From: the human T2T-CHM13v2.0 reference genome, Homo sapiens
Direction: 5' to 3' (one strand)
NCBI RefSeq assembly: GCF_009914755.1
Contig: NC_060926.1
DNA: 64,000 bases
Shown here: piece after piece, positions 1-14,214 of the stretch
How the letters are laid out: every line of letters starts with the position of its first letter
Position numbering within the stretch: the first letter of the stretch is position 1
The notes under the pieces: generated by a model
Databases searched by the model: none
What the model was told of the DNA's origin: nothing
What the model saw: only the letters and a program-made list of their open reading frames with translations
Position numbers and translations under genes: made by a program

Positions 1-540
1 TGAAGTCCATTTTAATTATTTTTTCTTTGGTTGCTTGTGCTTGTGGTGTCATAGCTGAAAAACCATTGCCTAATTCAAGGTCAGAAATGCATCTGTTTTC
101 TTTTAAGAATTTGATAGTTTCAGCTCTTACATTTAGGTCTTTATTCCATTTGAGTTAATTTTTATTTTTGATTTTATTTTTTTGAGACAGGGTCTCACTC
201 TGTTGCCCAGGCTGGAGTGTAGTGACATGCTTACGGTTCACTGCAGCCTCTACCTTCTGGGCTCAAGCAGTCCTCCCACCTCAGCCTCCCTAGAAGCTTG
301 GACTGTGGGCGTGCACCACCACCCCCTGCTAATTTTTGTATTCTTTGTAGGGATGGAGTTCTGCCATGTTGCCCAAGTTAGTCTCAAACTCCTGGGCTCA
401 AGCAATCCACCCACCTCGGGCTCCCAAAGTGCTTGTATTACAGGCTTGAGCCACTGCATTTGGCTCATTTGAATTAGTTTTTATATATTATGTGATTCTT
501 TTGCATGTGGATATCTTGTTGTCTCAGCACCATTTGTTGA
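1..540 (-). mobile_element. Old L1 fragment interrupted by an Alu
   Basis: L1 antisense signature (ttgatagtttcagctcttacatttaggtct...cagcaccatttgttga). Confidence 0.75.
161..465 (-). mobile_element. Alu (J-like)
   Basis: poly-T then gagacagggtctcactctgttgcccaggctggag. Confidence 0.9.
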
Positions 541-1751
541 ATATGGCTCTAACAAAAGCAAAAACAAAAACTATTTTTTCCTCACTTTATTTACCATCAA
601 TTCAGATACTTATATGTCTTGCACATTTGCAGGCACTATTAATATAAAACTGGAGTATACAATTTATAATAAGGACTTGGTCTTCCCTTGGGGGCTTATG
701 TTTAGTAGAGACTGATGACGGTATATATACATGAAATTGTTAAAATGGGTTATAATTAAGTGCTGGGGGAGTAGGGGAGAGATCAGAAGTTACCAGGAAT
801 TCAGAAGAGGGAGTAAGTCTGTGGTCAGATGGGTTCATAGAGAAGATGAGGCTGTTGAGGTTAGGTGTGCTTTAGGTACAGAAAGATCAGAAATGGCCAG
901 AACAGAGCTGCTGAAGCAATTAGATGCTTTTGGTCCAAGAAATCTGTGGAACACCTTTTAAACAGATTTTGAAATTTTCTTGAAGTACCAAGTCTTGCCT
1001 TAGCCTAAATTATGTTATTAGAAGTTGGAAGCCTAATTGTGTTATTGGAAGTTGGAAACACTTGATAGAAACTTTGTGCAACTGTATTTAGAGATAAGGA
1101 AAGCTTTTTTCTTATCTTTTCATTTATCTCAGTAGTTGTCATTGAACCAGACTTAATATAGTCCCTCTTCACAGTTCCCTGTAACCTTTTAGGATTTCTT
1201 TTCATAGAATTTTAGAGACACTATTCTTGTCATCGTCACTGATTACTTCCACATTGTAAATCCAGTGGCCAATTCTCAGTCCCCATCTTACTTGACCTAG
1301 TAGCACATCAACACAGCTGGTTACTCCTCCTTCCTTGACACATTTTCTTCTCTTGGTTTCCCCAACATTATACTTTTCTTGAGTTTCCTCCTCCATCACA
1401 GTTAGTGCTTCAGTAGTCTTTGTTAGCCTCCTTTTCCAGTTCTATTTCTTCCCAGCCTCATAAACTTGGAGTTCTCAAGACTCAGTTCTTTTATCACTTC
1501 TCTGTGTCTGTACTGACTCCCCTGGTGATTTCATATAGTCCCATGCATTAAGTATCATATATATATATATATATGTCAGTGACTCACAAATTTGTATCTC
1601 CAGCACTAACACTGCTGTTGAACTCCAGGTTTGTATATCTCACCAACTCCTCCACTTATGCACTGCGGTGCCTACTCAATGTCTCAAACTTAACAAGCCC
1701 CAAACTGAACTTTCTCTCTCTCCTCTCCCCTCATACCTGCTTAGCCTTTAT

Positions 1752-2021
1752 TCTTTTTTGGCAGGATGGGGAGTTGAGGTCTCGCTCTGTCACTCAGGCT
1801 GGAGTGCAGTGCTGTAGCTCCCTGCAGCCGAGACGTCCCAGGCTGAAGTGATCCTCGCACCTCAGCTTCCCAAGTAGCTGGGACCACAGTCGTGTGCCAC
1901 CATGCCCAGCTAATTTTTGTATGTTTTGTAGAGACAGGGTCTGACTCTGTTGCCCAAGGTTGGTTTCAAACTCCTGTGCTCAAGTGATCCTCCTGCCTTG
2001 GCCTCCTGAAGTGCTGAGATT
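1752..2021 (-). mobile_element. Alu (J-like)
   Basis: Alu consensus, antisense. Confidence 0.85.
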
Positions 2022-2241
2022 GTTTTTGTTTTAACTGAAGACAACTCCATCTTTCTAGTTGACCCAGGCTAGAAATCTTGGAGACATCTGTGAGTCCTTT
2101 TCTTCACTCATGTCCAGTCATGAAATCCTGGACTGAGCCAGTGTCATTTCTCATCTGGATTGCTGCCACAGCCTCTTATTTTCCTGCTCAGTTCTGGTAC
2201 TCCCGTTGCCAGTTAGACTGACCATATTGAAATGTTTTATC

Positions 2242-2558
<317 letters not shown>

Positions 2559-3487
2559 TTAGTTTACATGCCTTCTCTGCTCAAAACCTTGCAGTGGTCC
2601 CTTTCAGTCAAAGTAAAAGCATAAGTCTTTACAATGCCAAAGAGATCCTACCAAACCAGGACCATTATCTCTTGGACCTCTTCTTCTATTTTCCTTGGCC
2701 AGAAATCCACTTTTGACATGCTGACCTCTTTGTTGTTTGAATAGTCTAGGTGTATTTTTGCAGTAGGGCTTTTCTCCCCGCAGCCTGGCATGCTTACCCC
2801 AAAGTAGCCAGCCACATGGTAATTCCTTCACTTTTTTCAAGTCTTGCCTCCAGTGTCATCTACTCAGTGAAGCCTACCATGCCAGCACTGTTTTGAAGTT
2901 GCGGCTGCTCCACCCACACACACTCCCCATCTCTCTTACCCTGCTTTTCTTTCCCAGGTAGCATGTATCATCTTTTGTCGTAGTATATAATTTGCTTATT
3001 TTGTGTGTTACGTCTCTTGCCAGAAGTTAAGTTGTTGGGAAGGGATTTTTGGTTATTTTGTTTCACTGCTGTACCTGTCATATATAGTGAGTGCTCAATA
3101 AATATTGGTTAAATGAGCAGGCATCCTAGGGCTGTTTTACTCTTGGGCTCCTTGTTTAAATTCTCAGGTTCCATCCCGGACCTATTGAATGAGAAACTCT
3201 GGGGATGGGGTCCAGCTACTTTGTTTTAACTTTAAGTGATTCTGATGTAAATTAAAATTCAAGAAGCTCTTCTATATAATGTTGGTTAGGATTTCAGAAA
3301 CCAGGCCTGTTGCTTACAGGTGGGAATACGTAGATAGAGAGAGAAATGACAAATACCATAACTGGGTTTGTTTTATCTGTCTCTTTTTCTCCCTTCTCCT
3401 CCTTTTTTTCCTGCTATAGGAACAAAATTTGGAGGGAGGTAGCTCAGGGAAAGGATGTAAACTATAGTAACTTTTGGTTGATCTCAT

Positions 3488-4442
3488 GTGTGTCAGGGGT
3501 CTTCAAAACCACCTTTAGGTTCCAGTGATTCATTAAAAGGAGTCACACAATTCAGCATATAATCATACTCTTAGCTAGAATTTATTACAGCAAAAGGGTG
3601 TAAAGCAAAATCACCAAAGGGAAAAGACTCATGGGGCAGAAGTCCAAAGTCCAAAGTTAGGCAGTCCAGAGTTAGGCAGTGGGTGCCCTGGTGACCAGCC
3701 CCCAATAAAAACCCTGGGCACTGAGCTTCTAATGAGCTTCCCTGGTAGGCAACACTTAACACTTCTCACAAACCATGGCTGCAGGAATTAAGCATATTCC
3801 ATGTGACTTCACTGGGAGAGGACTATTGGAAGCTTTCTCCAAGCCAGGAGAAAGCCAGGTACTCACTGCCTAGCATGTATCAAAATTCTAGATTCCCAGA
3901 AAGAAAGCAGATGTTCACCATAAATCACACTGTACAACAGTTTAGGCACAATGAGCCATTCTTTTCAGCTAGGGCAGGGGTCTCCAAACCCCCGGGTATG
4001 GACCAGTACCCCTCTGTGGCCTGTTAGGAACCAGGCCGTGCACAGCAGGAGGCAAGCAGCGGTGAACGAGCATTGCCGCCTGAGCTCCACCCACTGTCAG
4101 ATCAGCGGCAGCATTAGATTCTCATAGGGGCATGAACCCTGTTGTGAACTGCACATTCGAGGGATCTGGCTCACGTGCTCCTTAGGAGAATCTAACTAAC
4201 GCCTGATCTGAGGTGGAACAGTTTCATCCTGAAACCATTCCCCCCAGCCCTCGTACCTGGAAGAAATGTCTTCCACGAAACTGGTCCCTAGTGCCAAAAA
4301 GGTTGGGGAACACTGAGTTAGGGAGTGATGGGAACACTCCCAAACTCCCAGGTTTCTATATGCCAGCCAAGAGGTGACTTTGTAAGCAGGACTTTCTAAG
4401 GGTAGTAGTCTATGACCTGCTGTCTTAACTCCTTTCTGCACA
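3488..4442 (-). mobile_element. MER21-family solo LTR
   Basis: Ends tgtgtcaggggtcttcaaaacc... and ...ttaactcctttctgcaca match recalled MER21 consensus antisense; interrupted by MER1B. Confidence 0.75.
3975..4315. mobile_element. MER1B (hAT-Charlie) non-autonomous DNA transposon
   Basis: caggggtctccaaacc...ggttggggaacactg termini; 8-bp TSD agctaggg/agttaggg. Confidence 0.85.
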
Positions 4443-4905
4443 TCGTGGTACCCAGGGAAGTTTGTTTTCTTCTACCTCTTTATATGGAATATGAAGCATT
4501 TGCACTAAATCATCTCTCTTGAGGAAATTTAGTAACAACCAGAACGTTTTGAGAATGACTTGAACAGTGTAACTGGGTTTAATAAGTGAGTTTATTCACT
4601 TAGACATATTTTCTCAAAAATAATACTGCCTTGACAGTATTATTCACAGCCTGTGCTGGTTGTTGTAATGATAAAAATGATTCCTTTCACAGTAAAATTT
4701 TCTTATTTCCAAAAATAAAAAAATTATATCTTTCTGAGTATCCATTTGAAAAATCACATCTATGAATGTGACCATCAGCTTCAAAGCAGATACTGGTTTT
4801 TCTTCACTTTTCTTCCATCTTTCATGGTCCAAAAGGCCCATTAGAAACTTGCCATCTTTGGGTTTGCTTAAGTGAGTAACCAATCCTTCCTTTGTTTTTT
4901 TATAG

Positions 4906-5048
4906 GCCAAGATGCTGAATTATCAGGGACACTTTCACTTGTTTTGACACAGTGCTGTAAAAGAATAAAGGATACTGTTCAAAAATTGGCCTCCGACCAC
5001 AAAGACATCCACAGCAGTGTTTCTCGGGTTGGAAAAGCCATTGATAAG
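4906..5048 (+). CDS. RMND5A: RMND5A coding exon 2 ([48 protein letters not shown])
   Basis: tttatag acceptor, AAG|gtatgg donor, 143 nt; translation matches RMND5A as I recall it. Confidence 0.97.
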
Positions 5049-6292
5049 GTATGGTATTGAAAGAAGTGTTTTGTATTTTTTAGCATCATTCTTTTTCTTC
5101 TGTCAGTGCTTTGATAATACTAGCTTTCACAAATTACTTTATGCTATTCCTGTCATGTTTGCTTTTGATGACTTTTACAGGTCTAGTTTTACTATGTTAT
5201 TCTTACTAAAGTTCCTTGTTGCTATTATTTAAAAAATAAAAGCAAAATTAAAACCCTCTGCTTTTATAGCTTTGTTGTTTATCCATTTGCATATATGACT
5301 AGAGCTCCTAGGGTCATGATAAATAAAGTTCCAAAGAAATTTTAACCCAGTATGTGGGAGTTTGTTTACCAGAAGTAACTTTTCCTAATTCCTGAATAAT
5401 TCCCTAGCTGTGACTCTGTCTCTGTTATGGGATGATTAGAATAACAGCCTTGTATCAGTCTCCCCTGCATCATCCTAACTGTTTTCTTCCTATGGGCGTC
5501 CCAGCTACCTTTCAATTTTGCCTTCTGTGTGAATGAGTGAGTGGGTTGGTTGCTAGGCAGTGAGGCTGGTCACTTTGATTTGATGTTTTTTTTCTTGTGA
5601 CATTTTTTGAGTAAGCCATCTTTGACCTGGTGGTTGACTTATAAGCAGTTACCATTTTTAGTACCAGCTGATTTTATTCATGGAGTTCATAGTCCTATTG
5701 GCACCTAAGAGAAGTAGTTCAAGGTTACTGTGTGATACCTCTGACTACTTCAGACATTGGGGAGATTGTGACTGGTTGGGGCATTTCTCTTCACACATCG
5801 TAAATGTCTGGGAGGGTAGGAAGAACTTTCGAGGAGTGCCCTTTGTAGCAAAGGCATCTTCTAAACAGTCTTATGAGTTAACTTAGTCTGTACTCACAAG
5901 AGTGATAGTTGTAACAGAGGTAATAGAAGCTCATTGAATCTGGAGAGTGGTTCGTGTAACTCATGGGTAGACCCAACTGTTAGAAATTATCCTGTGAAAA
6001 GGCTAGGCTTGACGCTGCTTGAGTCAGAACTATATGCTTATAAGGCAATACTGTTCACTGGTAGGTGTGGTATGACAAGACTGTGAGTGGCATGGGCTCA
6101 GAGGACTTGTTTTGGTAGTTGTGGCTTACAGAAGTGTTAGTGGCCTTTCAGAGAGTTCTCACTACTCCCATAGTGGTGTGAGGGGTTTGACTTGGCCAGA
6201 GAGTCGGAGGGTGGTTTTGGCAGCAGCAGGGTTCCAGCCACGTTGTTATGTCAGTGATGGCAGTCACCAGCAAAGTCTGGGAAGGCAGACTC

Positions 6293-6349
6293 TGGGGAGA
6301 TTGTGACTGGGGAGATTGTGGGGAGATTGAGACTTTGGGGAGATTGTGA
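6293..6349 (+). repeat. Four tandem TGGGGAGATTG(T/A)G units
   Basis: Directly visible; a fifth copy at 5758-5775. Confidence 0.85.
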
Positions 6350-7296
6350 AATGGCTTTGAGGTTGTGAAGCCTGTTTGGTAACTCCAAGAGAGTGAACAC
6401 AGTTTTAGAAGTGGGTTTGGCATCAACCCTCTCTGGTACTATGATATTTGAAGTCTTCAGTTGGTTCCTGGAGTGGTTGTTGGTGTGTATGAGCTTAAGA
6501 ACTGTGGGAGTGGTGGTGGGACACTTTATTTTCTTCCAGCAGCTGTATCCTTCTAGAATGTGATGGGGCACTTTAGAGATGGTCTTCATTTGTGGGTGAA
6601 GAACCCTCAGTTCCTCTAGAGGTACATTAACTACTGGTGGTGTCTAAGAAGATTCACATTTTGATGTTGACAGTGACCAAGGCATCCTGGTGATTCTAAA
6701 TGGCTCAAAGTTCAGAGAGAACCCCAGGAAGTTCTTGGGGACATCTGCTTGACCACCAGGCTGCCTGCAGTTATAACAGAAGGTCAGCATTTGGACAGTA
6801 GAACCAAAGGTGGTATGACAGTGAGAAGAGCTAAAGCTTCCAAGGCAGCCAATCAGAGATTCTTGGAATAAGGGGGGATGGGCTCAGCAACTATAATTCT
6901 AGTGTGTGGGCTACTGACCAGGATCTGGAGCAGTTGGGCAAATAATTCACCAATTATGCTTTCTGCAGCTGGTAGGCTGACCATATATGCCATGTATGTC
7001 CCTGTTTCCTAGTTTATGTTTTTTGTCCTGTCATGATGATCAGAATCTTCTTCTGCTCTTGTCCTGCTTGCTCCTGGTGCCTGGCTGAGCATCTCTTACT
7101 CCAGACCTAGCAGGTCTTTATAGATATTCATAAGGGTTGTCAGATATTTTGACTAATCTTTAAGGCAAAACATTATCTGGATGTACTTGGTGCCAAACAT
7201 GGAAGTATCTTTTTGGAAGTGGATATCAAGGGAACACATTTATAATGAATAATCTACATTCTGGCTTATTTGGGCAGGGGGATGTGTTCATGGTAA

Positions 7297-7582
<286 letters not shown>

Positions 7583-7674
7583 CAAAAAATTGTTTCATGT
7601 TCCTGTGAAAGTAGTTTTGGTTCTAGGTGACCTGGATTCTGGATTCTTCTCATTCGTCATATGAAACTATATTA

Positions 7675-7990
<316 letters not shown>

Positions 7991-8679
7991 TTATTTAGCT
8001 GACACTGAATAGTGTTTGTGGTACTGTAGTCTGCCACCACAGAGGAAAGCCTGGATCTTTTAGCTCAGTTCCCTAGTATCTTTCAGTACACACTCTCCCC
8101 GTATTTTTGGCATCTACTTGGCCTCAGCTGAAGAGGAAGCTGTTTCCCCAATAGAAGTACCTAGACGTTGTGAATGGGCTTCTCACATACATCAGGAATT
8201 CCGTGTAGGCTGTTTCACATAAGACTGCATTGACTTGTTAAGTCCTCCAGGAGCTCTTTTAATTTGAACCTGGTAGTTGTGTAAGCTCTGGGCAGCCTGT
8301 TGTAAAGGCTGGGTGGACCTGATTGGTGGTGACCAAACAGGATAAAGCTGAATCCAGTGTGGCATAAGGCTTTTAAGAACCATGCCAAACAGACCTGAGT
8401 AATAAACTGGAATGTCCATCAGCCTGTGAGTACCACTTTATGGACACATGCTCCCACCCTTACAGGATGAGGACAAAGAAGCCAGTGGCTCCTGTATGAG
8501 CAGGCTGGTTTTGAGTGAGAAACATTAGTAAATTTTAGTCATGCTCAGTGGTATTTTTCCTTTTATATTTTAATACTTATGTTTTAAAGTTCCCTACCTA
8601 TCATGTCTCTGAAAATATAAGCAGAATAGAAGTTTCTGGTGGTGGTAGCCAAGATATTGTTTGGCTTTTAATTATTATG

Positions 8680-8947
8680 AACAGAGTCTCGCTCTGTTGC
8701 CTAGGCTGGGAGTGCAGTGACACCATCACAGCTCACTACAGCCTTGACCTCCCTGGGCTCGAGTGGTCCTCCCACCTCAGCATCCAAGTCCCAGACAAGT
8801 AGCTGGGCCTACATGCGCTTGCTACCATGCCCAGTTAATTTTTTTCATTTTTGCGTAGAGATGTGGTCTTGCAGTGTTGCCCAGGATAGTCTTGAACTCC
8901 TGGCCTCCCATTGTTGGGATTATTGGTGTGAGCCACTGTGCCTGGCC
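8680..8947 (-). mobile_element. Alu (J-like)
   Basis: Diverged Alu antisense. Confidence 0.85.
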
Positions 8948-9659
8948 CATTATTTATTTAAAATAAATAATATTCTGTGACAATTTTTTTTTTTTAGTAA
9001 AAATAATGTATTTGGGCTGTTCTTGATTTCCTCTCCCATTTTTAGATAATCTAGAATTCAGTCCAGTTTAGGGTATTTTATTCAGTATTTTATTTAGTCA
9101 ATTGACTTTTAAAGTTTACTTCCTAAGAAAAGTCAATAAAAATGATTATTGCTTTAGACTTCTAGGTATGTGTGCATATGTGTTAAATAGTACTAAAGAT
9201 TTTAATATCTCAAATCTGATGTGGTATAATTAAAAGCTGACCACATACTACATGTCCTTTATAAGATTGCTGTTTTGTATATGTAAAATAACTGGAAAAA
9301 TTCTGAGGCTACATGAAAGAAGTTTGCATGGAATAGACACTGCTTATTATAAAGTAAAGGTAGTTGCTATCTTAAATTTGACTTGGAAGAGTGGGTAAGA
9401 TTTAGAGCAGCAGAACAGTGAGATGAGATTTTTCCTTGAGGCTCGGAAAGGGCAAAACAGCAACTGAGAATATGCCTGACTCATGTTTAAGATGCTTCAA
9501 GATTGACTTGATTAGAGTGACTGCTCCTGTTGGGAATAGGGAAAGGTAAATGATGGAAGGCCTGAGAGGTGTGGATTTGATCAGATGATGAAAGCAGTTG
9601 AGGATTTACTTGACCTCATTAAGTAGGATGAAAACAGACTAAATAGTAGTCATAGGTAG

Positions 9660-9870
9660 GAGGATAATAGCTATCACATATTGAGTGTTGACCATGTTCC
9701 AGATAGTGAGCTAAGTGCTTTACATACATTTATATCTATCCCATGATGCAGGGACATTATTCCCATTTTATATATGAGGAAACTGAGACTCAATACCCAG
9801 GTATATAATTTGGAAGTAGTGGATCAAGGTTTGGAAAAAGTTTTTACTCAAGAATCTGTTCTTAAACACT
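9660..9870. mobile_element. MIR
   Basis: ttattcccattttatatatgaggaaactgagactca core. Confidence 0.75.
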
Positions 9871-12800
9871 GTGCTGTACTAGGAAATCACTGAGGCCATT
9901 GCAGAGCTGGTAATGTTGAAGGGGAACAATAATAGTTAAAAAAAATTTTAAACCTCATTATCTAAACAGATCTTTTGCCACTGGGTGGAGTATCTACATT
10001 GGTGAGGCAAAATGCTGACTGTATTAAGGAGTGAATGGAGTAATGGTATAAAAAAATGACATATAGAATATTTTAAGATAGTTCTGGGTGAGCAGTCCAG
10101 AACTGCCTTTTATGTTGGTATGTGATAAACAAGGTCTGTGTGTTGGGTAGAGAGGGACAAAAGGACTTAATATCCATTAAACTGTGCTAGCTAATCCAGT
10201 CTGCAATTGCATTTAAGTGCTTTTAAATTAATGAATATTAATATCTCTGCATGCTTTCGTGTATTTGTTTTTGTTTATATTTTCTAATAAGGATTCTTTT
10301 AAATACAGAAGCAGAAGGTTTGGTGGCAACCTGGCCCTCAGATTCAGCTTTGGTTAGGTTTGGCCTGGCTCTCAGATTCAGCTACTGTGTATTAAAGGTT
10401 TACTGATGGATGGATACTCATAGAGGTTTTCATGTACATTATTTACCTTTATCTTCACCAAAGACTTGTAAGGTCGAGATTATTGTCTCTAGATACAGAT
10501 GTGAAAACTTAGATTTGTAAGTAACCTGCCTGAAGTCACAGAGTTGGGATTAAAACCCAGATTTTAAGACTTGGAGGAACCTTTCTCAACTGGAGTTCCT
10601 TGAGAGAATTCATCTCTAGTGCCCTGAGGGCACCCACTCTACATATGAATTTCTCTCCTTTCCATAGAATGGTAAGAGATACATATCATCCTTGGAAGAA
10701 TTAATAAAATAGCCACAGAAAGGCAGATAACTAATAGTGGAGGGATAGGGATGCAAATGTGACAGAAAGGCCTGGCAGAGTGGTTTGGCACGTTACTCCC
10801 TCATTTTTTAAATAAAGCAATAACATAACAGTGTGAATCTACCTTTCTCTTAATGTTGATAACCAAAGAAGAGGTATAAATACCGTAAGGAGAATATGGG
10901 ATGTCTACATCAAAAAATGCATCTACAAAATGCTGATTATGACACACTACCAAGTTTATTTTCCAGCCCTTGGTTTGTAAAGCACTGCTATCTGGTATAT
11001 GCCTAAATATGGATTATTTCATCATAGGACAGGTGCCTCATTATCAGCTTTACTAGGTATTGTAAAATTTTCCCCTGAAGGGTTTATACCAATTTACAGC
11101 CCTACCAAACACCTATAACACTTCCTGCTTCCTCATTTCTCACCTGTACCTGGTATTATCAGACTTCAAATGTTTAAAGATTAATCAGATGGGTGTGAAG
11201 TAGTATCTAGTTGTACTAATTTTGCCTTTCTTTGACCATCTTGAAGGTGGGGCATCTTCTCATGTTTAACATTAGGAATTTCCCATTTGTGCATTTCATG
11301 TTCTGTCCATTTTTTCTGTTAAGTTATCTTTCTTATTGAGAGGTGTGTGTTTGTTTCAAACTCTTCTGAATACTAATCTTGTGTGGTTTGTATGCGAAGT
11401 AGCTATCGTCTGTTAGTCTGAGGAGAACCAGAATCCAGGTCTTCTTACTCTGTTAAGTATCCTTTGCTGTCTGCCTCTCACTGCTAAACCAGATTAACTG
11501 GATGCTTAAAAGGGAAATTAATTCCTGGTAGGTGCAACAATAGCACATTTTGTTGGTTCATACACTAATTTTTCTTCAAAGTAGATGGAGAAGTTTCAAA
11601 ATACATGTTAATACTATTAGGGAATTGGTACTTAGGAATTAAATACTGAGTTTTATATATATTGTGACCACTGTCTGCTCAGTCATTATAATTTTATAAA
11701 ATATATTTGAGAAACGGATGGGTTTTTGACGGTAAACAGTGAAAGCCATTTCCGACTGATTTGTGTATTCATGATACGGCATGATACGGCCTGTTTAGAT
11801 CGCACACTTTCATAATGATGTTGTATCAAAGTTATTTACTCCTCTTCTGCCTCAGCTTCTAGATTTAGTATGTCCTGGATTTCTCCTTCCAAGTCAGAAC
11901 ATCCTCTCCGGATGGACACACCCTTGGATGTGTGCTTTTTTGCTTTTGGTTCTTGTTTGGATCCTTTCTTCCCAATTAAGAACAGGATGCCAAAGCTTTT
12001 CTTTGCTTAAAAAATGTGAAAAGAAAAAGTATAGTAAGACAGAAGATGTTAATTATAGATGGTATTTCTCTTCATTAGCCACCTCTTGGCTGGTTTGCAG
12101 TGCTGTGGATTTTCTGGACAGCCATGCAAATGAGCTTGGTTACCTAGCAACAGAAGCTGGAACTAATGCTAGCTCTGATGCAACAGTGAGTAAGAACCTG
12201 CAGTTATAACAAAAGGAGTTTGACAGTGTATTGCATTTCCTCAACCTCTATATATTTTATAATCTTAGCTTTAATTTTTAATGCATGTGACCAGAAAATA
12301 AGCTATGGAAGTTTACTTATCTACCTCAGTAGTTTATACTGGAAAATCAGAATGGTAGAAGGGAGCTCAGAAGTGTCCAGAAAACAATCGAATGCATTGC
12401 TTATTCATGCTTCTTTTCCAAGAGCAGCAAATAAGTTACGAGCTTGAATGTAGTTAGATTTTGAGTGTAAGGGTGTTTGACTTTTCTTACCTATGTAGTA
12501 GTGACCATAGTAAGCCTTAAGAAAATAGAGATACACATAGGGCATTGTTGTAAAACTTTGTAGCAAACCCAAAGAAAATTGTTTAAATATTAGACTCTTT
12601 TTGTAATTTTCTAGTTGATGAATATTTACTTTTAATATGTATATTAAGGAAAGAATTGAAGGGATTATTTTGTTTGATCTGAGCAAGTACTGTCAGATGG
12701 TAGCTTATTAAAATTCTGACCTAATATATATATTACCGGATAAAATTGTTTCAACATGATCTGTGCTTTGAGCTGACCAGCGTGTCTTCCAGCGTTGTTT

Positions 12801-13343
12801 TATTTTTCCCTAAGGAATAGATACTAATAAATTTGTTGTTTGGGGAAAAATCATTAAATGAATAAGTAGAAACCTGAAGGTTGTATTTGGATTTAATGCA
12901 GTTGATAAGTTAGTGAGAGAACTTTCTTAATTCATCTCTCTATTCTTTCCTTATACTGTGCATTTAGACATTTAGAGAGTTATGGGCAGGTTCCTGAGTT
13001 TGTAATAAACTCATCTTCAGATCTTTAGAAACCCATTCCTTTATGCATTTGAATGGCCCTTTGGGAAGTGGAATTTGGGAGAGAACAGCATTGATCAGCC
13101 TCTGAGCTCTACTCCAGAAGAGACAGAAAGCAGTACCATCTCCGGTGTTATAGTTGTCATAGACAGCATAAAGATAAAATAATTTACTTAAAAATACTAA
13201 TGAACTGTTATAAAATTAGCTCTCAACAGGCAGAATCTGATAAATAGAAATTAAACATAATCTTATACAAGCAGTTGTGGTTCTTCAGTGCTAGTTAACA
13301 GTTTTTTCATTATATGCATGGATGCTCTTGCTTTAGCATCTAG

Positions 13344-13679
<336 letters not shown>

Positions 13680-14214
13680 TAGGTTAAATACTTGGCTAAG
13701 AAAAATGTCTGTGAAAAGGAAATGAATAAAAATTAAGACTGACAATATTCTTGGTTTTTTGTGTTTGTTTTGTCTTGAGTGATTCCAAACCTTAATGTAT
13801 GTATTCAGTTTTAGGCTACTGTTTTCACATCTAGAGATAGGGTAGATAGCTGTTTATAGGGAGAAAAATGTGCTTAATTTTGGAGAAAAGCACTCCTGCA
13901 TTGTGATTGTAAATAGTGGGTTGTTTGCAGTTGCTGTTGCTGGTTACTTACTACCTGTTCTTGTACATCATGTAAAATAATCCCATATTGGTTGGACTGT
14001 ATATTTAAGCAGTGGTTGACTAGGATTGCAATTTTAGTTAAATCTAAATGGCCTTGTCTAGTTAAGTTTATATATTTTTAAAAAGAAATGCAAAACATTT
14101 ATTAGGGAGCAATGCCTATGAAAGATAAAGGGTGCTGAAGTGGAATTAGGCTGGGAAAGCTTTCACACTGTGATGTACGTTTGCTCTTCTTTCACTCTTG
14201 ATGTTTCATGTTCC

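Noticed and set aside
1002-1056. ~27-bp imperfect tandem duplication (similar one at 10330-10383)
   Set aside because: Ordinary slippage duplications with no recognisable motif
6293-6349. Repeat units resembling a CRISPR-like array
   Set aside because: Units ~13 nt with 0-5 nt gaps, no unique spacers, eukaryotic context
11771-11790. ATGATACGGC matches the start of the Illumina P5 adapter
   Set aside because: Match stops after 10 nt (no GACCACCGAG); treated as chance
11810-11940. Possible intronic C/D snoRNA or miRNA hairpin
   Set aside because: Imperfect C box (ATGATGT), no matching terminal CTGA/stem, only 5-bp stems
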